64,000 nucleotides of DNA from Eledone cirrhosa (taxonomy: Eukaryota), in contig OZ024740.1 of the NCBI GenBank assembly GCA_964016885.1, positions 138,198,001 to 138,262,000 on the forward strand. The letters are read 5' to 3'. Below the pieces are notes generated by a model. That model searched no databases. It saw only the letters and a program-made list of their open reading frames with translations, and was not told the origin of the DNA. The translations under genes and the position numbers were made by a program. Position 1 is the first letter of the stretch. Every line of letters begins with the position of its first letter. Of this stretch, positions 24,680-38,099 are shown one piece after another.

Positions 24680-27600
24680 CTTATCACTTTTCTCTCAATC
24701 TCCAATCCTCTCTTTCTCTTATCACTTTTCTCTCAATGTCCAATTCTCTCTGTTTCTTATCACTTTTCTCTCAATCTCCAATTCTCTCTTTCTCTTATCA
24801 CTTTTCTCTCAATCTCCAATTCTCTCTTTCTCTTATCACTTTTCTCTCAATCTCCAATTCTCTCTTTCTCTTATCACTTTTCTCTCAATCTCCAATTCTC
24901 TCTCTCTCTTATCACTTTCTCTCTCAATCTCCAATTCTCTCTTTCTCTTATAACTTTTCTCTCAATATCCAATTCTCTCTCTCTCTTATCACTTTTCTCT
25001 CAATCTCCAATTCTCTCTTTCTCTTATCACTTTTCTCCCAATCTCCAATTCTCTCTGTTTCTTATCACTTTTCTCTCAATCTCCAATTCTCTCTTTCTCT
25101 TATCACTTTTCTCTCAATCTCCAATTCTCTCTTTCTCTTATCACTTTTCTCTCAATCTCCAATTCTCTCTTTCTCTAATCACTTTTCTCTCAATCTCCAA
25201 TTCTCTCTCTCTCTTATCACTTTCTCTCTCAATCTCCAATTCTCTCTTTTTCCTATCACTTTTCCCTCAGTCTCTAATTCTCTCTTTCTCTTATCAGTTT
25301 TCTCTCAATCTCCAATTCTCTCTCTCTCATATCACTTTTCTCTCAATCTCCAATTTTCTCTTTCTCTTATCACATTTCTCTCAATCTCCACTTCTCTCTT
25401 TCTCTTATCACTTTTCTCTCAACCTCCCATTCTCTCTTTCTCTTATGACTTTTCTCTCAATCACCAATTCTCTCTGTCTCTTATCACTTTTCTCTCAATC
25501 ACCAATTCTCTCTGACTCTGATAACTTTTCTCTCAATCTCCAAATCTCTCTTTCTCTTATCACTTTTCTCTCAATCTCCAATTCTCTCTTACTCTTATCA
25601 CTTTTCTCTCAATCTCCAATTCTCTCTTTCTCTCATCACTTTTCTCTCAATCTCCAATTCTCTCTTTCTCTTATCACTTTTATCTCAATCTCCAATTCTC
25701 TCTTTCTCTTATCACTTTTCTCTCAATCTCGAATTCTCTCTTTCTCTTATCACTTTTCTCTCAATCTCCAATTCTCTCTTTCTCTTATCACTTTTCTCTC
25801 AATCTCCAATTCTCTCTTTCTCTTATCACTTTTCTCTCAATCTCCAATTCTCTCTTTCTCTTATCACTTTTCTCTCAATCTCCAATTCTCTCTTTCTCTT
25901 ATCACTTTTCTCTCAATCTCCAATTCTCTCTTTCTCTTATCACTTTTCTCTCAATCTCCAACTCTCCCTTTCTCTTATCACTTTTCTCTCAATCTCCAAT
26001 TCTCTCTTTTTCTTATCACTTTTCTCTCAATCTCTAATTCTCTCTGTTTCTTATCACTTTTCTCTCAATATCTAATTCTCTCTTTCTCTTATCACTTTCT
26101 CTCTCAATCTCCAATTCTCTCTTTTTCTTATCACTTTTCCCTCAATCTCCAATTCTCTTTTTCACTTATCACTTTTCTCTCAATCTCCAATTCTCCCTTT
26201 CTCTTATCACTTTTCTCTCAATCTCCAATTCTCTCTTTCTCTTATCACTTTTCTCTCAATCTCCAATTCTCTCTTTCTCTTATCACTTTTCTCTCAATCT
26301 CCAATTCTCTCTTTCTCTTATCACTTTTCTCTCAATCTCCAATTCTCTCTTTCTCTCATCACTTTTCTCTCAATCTCCAATTCTCTCTTTCTCTTATCAC
26401 TTTTATCTCAATCTCCAATTCTCTCTTTCTCTTATCACTTTTCTCTCAATCTCGAATTCTCTCTTTCTCTTATCACTTTTCTCTCAATCTCCAATTCTCT
26501 CTTTCTCTTATCACTTTTCTCTCAATCTCCAATTCTCTCTTTCTCTTATCACTTTTCTCTCAATCTCCAATTCTCTCTTTCTCTTATCACTTTTCTCTCA
26601 ATCTCCAATTCTCTCTTTCTCTTATCACTTTTCTCTCAATCTCCAATTCTCTCTTTCTCTTATCACTTTTCTCTCAATCTCCAATTCTCTCTTTTTCTTA
26701 TCACTTTTCTCTCAATCTCTAATTCTCTCTGTTTCTTATCACTTTTCTCTCAATATCTAATTCTCTCTTTCTCTTATCACTTTCTCTCTCAATCTCCAAT
26801 TCTCTCTTTTTCTTATCACTTTTCCCTCAATCTCCAATTCTCTTTTTCACTTATCACTTTTCTCTCAATCTCCAATTCTCCCTTTCTCTTATCACTTTTC
26901 TCTCAATCTCCAATTCTCTCTTTCTCTTATCACTTTTCTCTCAATCTCCAATTCTCTCTTTCTCTTATCACTTTTCCCTCAATCTCCAATTCTCTCTTTC
27001 TCTTATCACTTTTCTCTCAATCTCCAATCCTCTCTTTCTCTTATCACTTTTCTCTCAATGTCCAATTCTCTCTGTTTCTTATCACTTTTCTCTCAATCTC
27101 CAATTCTCTCTTTCTCTTATCACTTTTCTCTCAATCTCCAATTCTCTCTTTCTCTTATCACTTTTCTCTCAATCTCCAATTCTCTCTTTCTCTTATCACT
27201 TTTCTCTCAATCTCCAATTCTCTCTCTCTCTTATCACTTTCTCTCTCAATCTCCAATTCTCTCTTTCTCTTATAACTTTTCTCTCAATATCCAATTCTCT
27301 CTCTCTCTTATCACTTTTCTCTCAATCTCCAATTCTCTCTTTCTCTTATCACTTTTCTCCCAATCTCCAATTCTCTCTGTTTCTTATCACTTTTCTCTCA
27401 ATCTCCAATTCTCTCTTTCTCTTATCACTTTTCTCTCAATCTCCAATTCTCTCTTTCTCTTATCACTTTTCTCTCAATCTCCAATTCTCTCTTTCTCTAA
27501 TCACTTTTCTCTCAATCTCCAATTCTCTCTCTCTCTTATCACTTTCTCTCTCAATCTCCAATTCTCTCTTTTTCCTATCACTTTTCCCTCAGTCTCTAAT

Positions 27601-29100
27601 TCTCTCTTTCTCTTATCAGTTTTCTCTCAATCTCCAATTCTCTCTCTCTCTCATATCACTTTTCTCTCAATCTCCAATTTTCTCTTTCTCTTATCACATT
27701 TCTCTCAATCTCCACTTCTCTCTTTCTCTCATCACTTTTCTCTCAATCTCATATTCTCTCTTTCTCTTATTACTTTTCTCTCAATCTCCAATTCTCTCTC
27801 TCTCTTATCACTTTCTCTCTCAATCTCCAATTCTCTCTTTCTCTTATCACTTTTCTCTCAATATCCAATTCTCTCTCTCTCTTATCACTTTTCTCTCAAT
27901 CTCTAATTCTCTCTTTCTCTTATCACTTTCTCTCTCAATCTCCAATTCTCTCTTTTTCTTATCACTTTTCCCTCAATCTCCAATTCTCTCTTTCTCTTAT
28001 CACTTTTCTCTCAATCTCCAATTCTCTCTTTCTCTTATCACTTTTCTCTCAATCTCCAATTCACTCTTTCTCTTATCACTTTTCTCTCAATCTCCAATCC
28101 TCTCTTTCTCTTATCACTTTTCTCTCAATGTCCAATTCTCTCTGTTTCTTATCACTTTTCTCTCAATCTCCAATTCTCTCTTTCTCTTATCACTTTTCTC
28201 TCAATCTCCAATTCTCTCTTTCTCTTATCACTTTTCTCTCAATCTCCAATTCTCTCTTTCTCTTATCACTTTTCTCTCAATCTCCAATTCTCTCTCTCTC
28301 TTATCACTTTCTCTCTCAATCTCCAATTCTCTCTTTCTCTTATAACTTTTCTCTCAATATCCAATTCTCTCTCTCTCTTATCACTTTTCTCTCAATCTCC
28401 AATTCTCTCTTTCTCTTATCACTTTTCTCCCAATCTCCAATTCTCTCTGTTTCTTATCACTTTTCTCTCAATCTCCAATTCTCTCTTTCTCTTATCACTT
28501 TTCTCTCAATCTCCAATTCTCTCTTTCTCTTATCACTTTTCTCTCAATCTCCAATTCTCTCTTTCTCTAATCACTTTTCTCTCAATCTCCAATTCTCTCT
28601 CTCTCTTATCACTTTCTCTCTCAATCTCCAATTCTCTCTTTTTCCTATCACTTTTCCCTCAGTCTCCAATTCTCTCTTTCTCTTATCAGTTTTCTCTCAA
28701 TCTCCAATTCTCTCTCTCTCATATCACTTTTCTCTCAATCTCCAATTTTCTCTTTCTCTTATCACATTTCTCTCAATCTCCACTTCTCTCTTTCTCTTAT
28801 CACTTTTCTCTCAACCTCCCATTCTCTCTTTCTCTTATGACTTTTCTCTCAATCACCAATTCTCTCTGTCTCTTATCACTTTTCTCTCAATCACCAATTC
28901 TCTCTGACTCTGATAACTTTTCTCTCAATCTCCAAATCTCTCTTTCTCTTATCACTTTTCTCTCAATCTCCAATTCTCTCTTACTCTTATCACTTTTCTC
29001 TCAATCTCCAATTCTCTCTTTCTCTCATCACTTTTCTCTCAATCTCCAATTCTCTCTTTCTCTTATCACTTTTATCTCAATCTCCAATTCTCTCTTTCTG
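24680..29100. repeat. Repeated ~1 kb variant cassette (copies near 24700, 27020 [partial] and 28090)
   Basis: ORF-track translations starting at 24736 and 28128 are identical (offset 3392). GACTCTGATAAC pairs as 25514/28906. The CCCTCAGTCT variant occurs at ~25270, ~27592 and ~28662. Confidence 0.8.
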
Positions 29101-32100
29101 TTATCATTTTTCTCTCAATCTCCAATTCTCTCTTTCTCTTATCACTTTTCTCTCAATCTCCAATTCTCTCTTTCTCTTATCACTTTTCTCTCAATCTCCA
29201 ATTCTCTCTTTCTCTTATCACTTTTCTCTCAATCTCCAATTCTCTCTTTCTCTTATCACTTTTCTCTCAATCTCCAATTCTCTCTTTCTCTTATCACTTT
29301 TCTCTCAATCTCTAATTCTCTCTTTCTCTTATCACTTTTCTCTCAATCTCCAATTCTCTCTTTCTCTTATCACTTTTCTCTCAATTTCCAATTCTCTCTT
29401 TCTCTTATCACTTTTCTCTCAATCTCCAATTCTCTCTTTCTCTTATCACTTTTCTCTCAACCTCCAATTCTCTCTTTCTCTTATCACTTTTCTCTCAATC
29501 TCCAATTCTCCCTTTCGCTTATCACTTTTCTCTCAATCTCCAATTCTCTCTTTTTCTTATCACTTTTCTCTCAATCTCTAATTCTCTCTGTTTCTTATCA
29601 CTTTTCTCTCAATCTCATATTCTCTCTTTCTCTTATTACTTTTCTCTCAATCTCCAATTCTCTCTCTCTCTTATCACTTTCTCTCTCAATCTCCAATTCT
29701 CTCTTTCTCTTATCACTTTTCTCTCAATATCCAATTCTCTCTCTCTCTTATCACTTTTCTCTCAATCTCCAATTCTCTCTTTCTCTTATCACTTTTCTCC
29801 CAATCTCCAATTCTCTCTGTTTCTTATCACTTTTCTCTCAATATCCAATTCTCTCTTTCTCTTATCACTTTTCTCTCAATCTCCAATTCTCTCTTTCTCT
29901 TATCACTTTTCTCTCAATCTCCAATTCTCTCTTTCTCTTATGACTTTTCTCTCAATCACCAATTCTCTCTGTCTCTGATCACTTTTCACTCAATCTCCAA
30001 TTCTCTCTTTCTCTTATCACTTTTCTCTCAATCTCCAATTCTCTCTTACTCTTATCACTTTTCTCTCAATCTCCAATTCTCTCTTTCTCTCATCACTTTT
30101 CTCTCAATCTCCAATTCTCTTTTTCTCTTATCACTTTTCTCTCAATCTCCAATTCTCTCTTTCTCTTATCAATTTTCTCTCAATCTCCAATCCTCTCTTT
30201 CTCTTATCACTTTTCTCTCAATGTCCAATTCTCTCTGTTTCTTATCACTTTTCTCTCAATCTCCAATTCTCTCTTTCTCTTATCACTTTTCTCTCAATCT
30301 CCAATTCTCTTTTTCTCTTATCATTTTTTCTCTCAATCACCAATTCTCTCTTTCTCTTATCACTTTTCTCTCAATCTCCAATTCTCTCTTTCTCTTATCA
30401 CTTTTCTCTCAATCTCCAATCCTCCCTTTCTCTTATCACTTTTCTCTCAATCTCCAATTCTCTCTTTTTCTTATCACTTTTCTCTCAATCTCTAATTCTC
30501 TCTGTTTCTTATCACTTTTCCCCCAATCTCCAATTCTCTCTTTCTCTTATCACTTTTCTCTCAATCTCCAATTCTCTCTTTCTCTTATCACTTTTCTCCC
30601 AATCTCCAATTCTCTCTGTTTCTTATCACTTTTCTCTCAATCTCCAATTCTCTCTTTCTCTTATCACTTTTCTCTCAATCTCCAATTCTCTCTCTCTCTT
30701 ATCACTTTTCTCTCAATCTCCAATTCTCTCTTTCTCTTATCACTTTTCTCCCAATCTCCAATTCTCTCTGTTTCTTATCACTTTTCTCTCAATCTACAAT
30801 TCTCTCTTTCTCTTATCACTTTTCTCTCAATCTCCAATTCTCTATTTCTCTTATCACTTTTCTCTCAATCTCCAATTCTCTCTCTCTCTTATCACTTTCT
30901 CTCTCAATCTCCAATTCTCTCTTTTTCCTATCACTTTTCCCTCAATCTCCAATCCTCTCTTTCTCTTATCACTTTTCTCTCAATGTCCAATTCTCTCTGT
31001 TTCTTATCACTTTTCTCTCAATCTTCAATTCTCTCTTTCTCTTATCACTTTTCTCTCAATCTCCAATTCTCTCTTTCTCTTATCACTTTTCTCTCAATCT
31101 CCAATTCTCTCTTTCTCTTATCACTTTTCTCTCAATCTCCAATTCTCTCTCTCTCTTATCACTTTCTCTCTCAATCTCCAATTCTCTCTTTCTCTTATAA
31201 CTTTTCTCTCAATATCCAATTCTCTCTCTCTCTTATCACTTTTCTCTCAATCTCCAATTCTCTCTTTCTCTTATCACTTTTCTCCCAATCTCCAATTCTC
31301 TCTGTTTCTTATCACTTTTCTCTCAATCTCCAATTCTCTCTTTCTCTTATCACTTTTCTCTCAATCTCCAATTCTCTCTTTCTCTTATCACTTTTCTCTC
31401 AATCTCCAATTCTCTCTTTCTCTAATCACTTTTCTCTCAATATCCAATTCTCTCTCTCTCTTATCACTTTCTCTCTCAATCTCCAATTCTCTCTTTTTCC
31501 TATCACTTTTCCCTCAATCTCCAATTCTCTCTTTCTCTTATCAGTTTTCTCTCAATCTCCAATTCTCTCTCTCTCATATCACTTTTCTCTCAATCTCCAA
31601 TTTTCTCTTTCCCTTATCACATTTCTCTCAATCTTCACTTCTCTCTTTCTCTTATCACTTTTCTCTCAACCTCCCATTCTCTCTTTCTCTTATGACTTTT
31701 CTCTCAATCACCAATTCTCTCTGTCTCTTATCACTTTTCTCTCAATCACCAATTCTCTCTGACTCTGATAACTTTTCTCTCAATCTCCAATTCTCTCTTT
31801 CTCTTATCACTTTTCTCTCAATCTCCAATTCTCTCTTTCTCTTATCACTTTTCTCTCAATCTCCAATTCTCTCTCTCTCTTATCACTTTCTCTCTCAATC
31901 TCCAATTCTCTCTTTCTCTTATAACTTTTCTCTCAATATCCAATTCTCTCTCTCTCTTATCACTTTTCTCTCAATCTCCAATTCTCTCTTTCTCTTATCA
32001 CTTTTCTCCCAATCTCCAATTCTCTCTGTTTCTTATCACTTTTCTCTCAATCTCCAATTCTCTCTTTCTCTTATCACTTTTCTCTCAATCTCCAATTCTC

Positions 32101-35100
32101 TCTTTCTCTTATCACTTTTCTCTCAATCTCCAATTCTCTCTTTCTCTAATCACTTTTCTCTCAATCTCCAATTCTCTCTCTCTCTTATCACTTTCTCTCT
32201 CAATCTCCAATTCTCTCTTTTTCCTATCACTTTTCCCTCAGTCTCCAATTCTCTCTTTCTCTTATCAGTTTTCTCTCAATCTCCAATTCTCTCTTTCTCT
32301 TATCACTTTTATCTCAATCTCCAATTCTCTCTTTCTGTTATCACTTTTCTCTCAATCTCCAATTCTCTCTTTCTCTTATCACTTTTCTCTCAATCTCCAA
32401 TTCTCTCTTTCTCTTATCACTTTTCTCACAATCTCCAATTCTCTCTTTCTCTTATCACTTTTCTCTCAATCTCCAATTCTCTCTTTCTCTTATCACTTTT
32501 CTCTCAATCTCCAATTCTCTCTTTCTCTTATCACTTTTCTCTCAATCTCTAATTCTCTCTTTCTCTTATCACTTTTCTCTCAATCTCCAATTCTCTCTTT
32601 CTCTTATCACTTTTCTCTCAATTTCCAATTCTCTCTTTCTCTTATCACTTTTCTCTCAATCTCCAATTCTCTCTTTCTCTTATCACTTTTCTCTCAACCT
32701 CCAATTCTCTCTTTCTCTTATCACTTTTCTCTCAATCTCCAATTCTCCCTTTCTCTTATCACTTTTCTCTCAATCTCCAATTCTCTCTTTTTCTTATCAC
32801 TTTTCTCTCAATCTCTAATTCTCTCTGTTTCTTATCACTTTTCTCTCAATCTCATATTCTCTCTTTCTCTTATTACTTTTCTCTCAATCTCCAATTCTCT
32901 CTCTCTCTTATCACTTTCTCTCTCAATCTCCAATTCTCTCTTTCTCTTATCACTTTTCTCTCAATATCCAATTCTCTCTCTCTCTTATCACTTTTCTCTC
33001 AATCTCCAATTCTCTCTTTCTCTTATCACTTTTCTCCCAATCTCCAATTCTCTCTGTTTCTTATCACTTTTCTCTCAATATCCAATTCTCTCTTTCTCTT
33101 ATCACTTTTCTCTCAATCTCCAATTCTCTCTTTCTCTTATCACTTTTCTCTCAATCTCCAATTCTCTCTTTCTCTTATGACTTTTCTCTCAATCACCAAT
33201 TCTCTCTGTCTCTGATCACTTTTCACTCAATCTCCAATTCTCTCTTTCTCTTATCACTTTTCTCTCAATCTCCAATTCTCTCTTACTCTTATCACTTTTC
33301 TCTCAATCTCCAATTCTCTCTTTCTCTCATCACTTTTCTCTCAATCTCCAATTCTCTTTTTCTCTTATCACTTTTCTCTCAATCTCCAATTCTCTCTTTC
33401 TCTTATCAATTTTCTCTCAATCTCCAATCCTCTCTTTCTCTTATCACTTTTCTCTCAATGTCCAATTCTCTCTGTTTCTTATCACTTTTCTCTCAATCTC
33501 CAATTCTCTCTTTCTCTTATCACTTTTCTCTCAATCTCCAATTCTCTTTTTCTCTTATCATTTTTTCTCTCAATCACCAATTCTCTCTTTCTCTTATCAC
33601 TTTTCTCTCAATCTCCAATTCTCTCTTTCTCTTATCACTTTTCTCTCAATCTCCAATCCTCCCTTTCTCTTATCACTTTTTTCTCAATCTCCAATTCTCT
33701 CTTTTTCTCATCACTTTTCTCTCAATCTCTAATTCTCTCTGTTTCTTATCACTTTTCCCCCAATCTCCAATTCTCTCTTTCTCTTATCACTTTTCTCTCA
33801 ATCTCCAATTCTCTCTTTCTCTTATCACTTTTCTCCCAATCTCCAATTCTCTCTGTTTCTTATCACTTTTCTCTCAATCTCCAATTCTCTCTTTCTCTTA
33901 TCACTTTTCTCTCAATCTCCAATTCTCTCTCTCTCTTATCACTTTTCTCTCAATCTCCAATTCTCTCTTTCTCTTATCACTTTTCTCCCAATCTCCAATT
34001 CTCTCTGTTTCTTATCACTTTTCTCTCAATCTACAATTCTCTCTTTCTCTTATCACTTTTCTATCAATCTCCAATTCTCTATTTCTCTTATCACTTTTCT
34101 CTCAATCTCCAATTCTCTCTCTCTCTTATCACTTTCTCTCTCAATCTCCAATTCTCTCTTTTTCCTATCACTTTTCCCTCAATCTCCAATCCTCTCTTTC
34201 TCTTATCACTTTTCTCTCAATGTCCAATTCTCTCTGTTTCTTATCACTTTTCTCTCAATCTCCAATTCTCTCTTTCTCTTATCACTTTTCTCTCAATCTC
34301 CAATTCTCTCTTTCTCTTATCACTTTTCTCTCAATCTCCAATTCTCTCTTTCTCTTATCACTTTTCTCTCAATCTCCAATTCTCTCTCTCTCTTATCACT
34401 TTCTCTCTCAATCTCCAATTCTCTCTTTCTCTTATAACTTTTCTCTCAATATCCAATTCTCTCTCTCTCTTATCACTTTTCTCTCAATCTCCAATTCTCT
34501 CTTTCTCTTATCACTTTTCTCCCAATCTCCAATTCTCTCTGTTTCTTATCACTTTTCTCTCAATCTCCAATTCTCTCTTTCTCTTATCACTTTTCTCTCA
34601 ATCTCCAATTCTCTCTTTCTCTTATCACTTTTCTCTCAATCTCCAATTCTCTCTTTCTCTAATCACTTTTCTCTCAATATCCAATTCTCTCTCTCTCTTA
34701 TCACTTTCTCTCTCAATCTCCAATTCTCTCTTTTTCCTATCACTTTTCCCTCAATCTCCAATTCTCTCTTTCTCTTATCAGTTTTCTCTCAATCTCCAAT
34801 TCTCTCTCTCTCATATCACTTTTCTCTCAATCTCCAATTTTCTCTTTCTCTTATCACATTTCTCTCAATCTCCACTTCTCTCTTTCTCTTATCACTTTTC
34901 TCTCAACCTCCCATTCTCTCTTTCTCTTATGACTTTTCTCTCAATCACCAATTCTCTCTGTCTCTTATCACTTTTCTCTCAATCACCAATTCTCTCTGAC
35001 TCTGATAACTTTTCTCTCAATCTCCAAATCTCTCTTTCTCTTATCACTTTTCTCTCAATCTCCAATTCTCTCTTACTCTTATCACTTTTCTCTCAATCTC

Positions 35101-37640
35101 CAATTCTCTCTTTCTCTTATCACTTTTCTCTCAATCTCTAATTCTCTCTTTCTCTTATCACTTTTCTCTCAATCTCCAATTCTCTCTTTCTCTTATCACT
35201 TTTCTCTCAATCTCCAATTCTCTCTTTCTCTTATCACTTTTCTCTCAATCTCCAATTCTCTCTTTCTCTTATCACTTTTCTCTCAATCTCCAATTCTCTC
35301 TTTCTCTTATCACTTTTCTCTCAATCTCCAATTCTCCCTTTCTCTTATCACTTTTCTCTCAATCTCCAATTCTCTCTTTTTCTTATCACTTTTCTCTCAA
35401 TCTCATATTCTCTCTTTCTCTTATTACTTTTCTCTCAATCTCCAATTCTCTCTCTCTCTCTTATCACTTTCTCTCTCAATCTCCAATTCTCTCTTTCTCT
35501 TATCACTTTTCTCTCAATATCCAATTCTCTCTCTCTCTTATCACTTTTCTCTCAATCTCCAATTCTCTCTTTCTCTTATCACTTTTCTCCCAATCTCCAA
35601 TTCTCTCTGTTTCTTATCACTTTTCTCTCAATATCCAATTCTCTCTTTCTCTTATCACTTTTCTCTCAATCTCCAATTCTCTCTTTCTCTTATCACTTTT
35701 CTCTCAATCTCCAATTCTCTCTTTCTCTTATGACTTTTCTCTCAATCACCAATTCTCTCTGTCTCTGATCACTTTTCACTCAATCTCCAATTCTCTCTTT
35801 CTCTTATCACTTTTCTCTCAATCTCCAATTCTCTCTTACTCTTATCACTTTTCTCTCAATCTCCAATTCTCTCTTTCTCTTATCACTTTTCTCTCAATCT
35901 CCAATTCTCTTTTTCTCTTATCACTTTTCTCTCAATCTCCAATTCTCTCTTTCTCTTATCAATTTTCTCTCAATCTCCAATCCTCTCTTTCTCTTATCAC
36001 TTTTCTCTCAATGTCCAATTCTCTCTGTTTCTTATCACTTTTCTCTCAATCTCCAATTCTCTCTTTCTCTTATCACTTTTCTCTCAATCTCCAATTCTCT
36101 TTTTCTCTTATCATTTTTTCTCTCAATCACCAATTCTCTCTTTCTCTTATCACTTTTCTCTCAATCTCCAATTCTCTCTTTCTCTTATCACTTTTCTCTC
36201 AATCTCCAATTCTCCCTTTCTCTTATCACTTTTCTCTCAATCTCCAATTCTCTCTTTTTCTTATCATTTTTCTCTCAATCTCTAATTCTCTCTGTTTCTT
36301 ATCACTTTTCCCCCAATCTCCAATTCTCTCTTTCTCTTATCACTTTTCTCTCAATCTCCAATTCTCTCTTTCTCTTATCACTTTTCTCCCAATCTCCAAT
36401 TCTCTCTGTTTCTTATCACTTTTCTCTCAATCTCCAATTCTCTCTTTCTCTTATCACTTTTCTCTCAATCTCCAATTCTCTCTCTCTCTTATCACTTTTC
36501 TCTCAATCTCCAATTCTCTCTTTCTCTTATCACTTTTCTCCCAATCTCCAATTCTCTCTGTTTCTTATCACTTTTCTCTCAATCTACAATTCTCTCTTTC
36601 TCTTATCACTTTTCTCTCAATCTCCAATTCTCTATTTCTCTTATCACTTTTCTCTCAATCTCCAATTCTCTCTCTCTCTTATCACTTTCTCTCTCAATCT
36701 CCAATTCTCTCTTTTTCCTATCACTTTTCCCTCAATCTCCAATCCTCTCTTTCTCTTATCACTTTTCTCTAAATGTCCAATTCTCTCTGTTTCTTATCAC
36801 TTTTCTCTCAATCTCCAATTCTCTCTTTCTCTTATCACTTTTCTCTCAATCTCCAATTCTCTCTTTCTCTTATCACTTTTCTCTCAATCTCCAATTCTCT
36901 CTTTCTCTTATCACTTTTCTCTCAATCTCCAATTCTCTCTCTCTCTTATCACTTTCTCTCTCAATCTCCAATTCTCTCTTTCTCTTATAACTTTTCTCTC
37001 AATATCCAATTCTCTCTCTCTCTTATCACTTTTCTCTCAATCTCCAATTCTCTCTTTCTCTTATCACTTTTCTCCCAATCTCCAATTCTCTCTGTTTCTT
37101 ATCACTTTTCTCTCAATCTCCAATTCTCTCTTTCTCTTATCACTTTTCTCTCAATCTCCAATTCTCTCTTTCTCTTATCACTTTTCTCTCAATCTCCAAT
37201 TCTCTCTTTCTCTTATCACTTTTCTCTCAATCTCCAATTCTCTCTCTCTCTTATCACTTTCTCTCTCAATCTCCAATTCTCTCTTTTTCCTATCACTTTT
37301 CCCTCAATCTCCAATTCTCTCTTTCTCTTATCAGTTTTCTCTCAATCTCCAATTCTCTCTCTCTCATATCACTTTTCTCTCAATCTCCAATTTTCTCTTT
37401 CTCTTATCACATTTCTCTCAATCTCCACTTCTCTCTTTCTCTTATCACTTTTCTCTCAACCTCCCATTCTCTCTTTCTCTTATGACTTTTCTCTCAATCA
37501 CCAATTCTCTCTGTCTCTTATCACTTTTCTCTCAATCACCAATTCTCTCTGACTCTGATAACTTTTCTCTCAATCTCCAAATCTCTCTTTCTCTTATCAC
37601 TTTTCTCTCAATCTCCAATTCTCTCTTACTCTTATCACTT
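29050..37640. repeat. Three related 2.5-3.2 kb higher-order units (offsets 3237 and 2553)
   Basis: ATG variants at 30221/33458/36011, GACTCTGATAAC at 31761/34998/37551, CAACCTCCAA at 29461/32698. All three share ATCAATTTT, ATCATTTTTT, TTCCCCCAA and CTACAA variants in the same order. Confidence 0.88.
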
Positions 37641-38099
37641 TTCTCTCAATCTCCAATTCTCTCTTTCTCTCATCACTTTTCTCTCAATCTCCAATTCTCT
37701 CTTTCTCTTATCACTTTTATCTCAATCTCCAATTCTCTCTTTCTCTTATCACTTTTCTCTCAATCTCGAATTCTCTCTTTCTCTTATCACTTTTCTCTCA
37801 ATCTCCAATTCTCTCTTTCTCTTATCACTTTTCTCTCAATCTCCAATTCTCTCTTTCTCTTATCACTTTTCTCTCAATCTCCAATTCTCTCTTTCTCTTA
37901 TCACTTTTCTCTCAATCTCCAATTCTCTCTTTCTCTTATCACTTTTCTCTCAATCTCCAATTCTCTCTTTCTCTTATCACTTTTCTCTCAATCTCTAATT
38001 CTCTCTTTCTCTTATCACTTTTCTCTCAATCTCCAATTCTCTCTTTCTCTTATCACTTTTCTCTCAATCTCCAATTCTCTCTTTCTCTTATCACTTTTC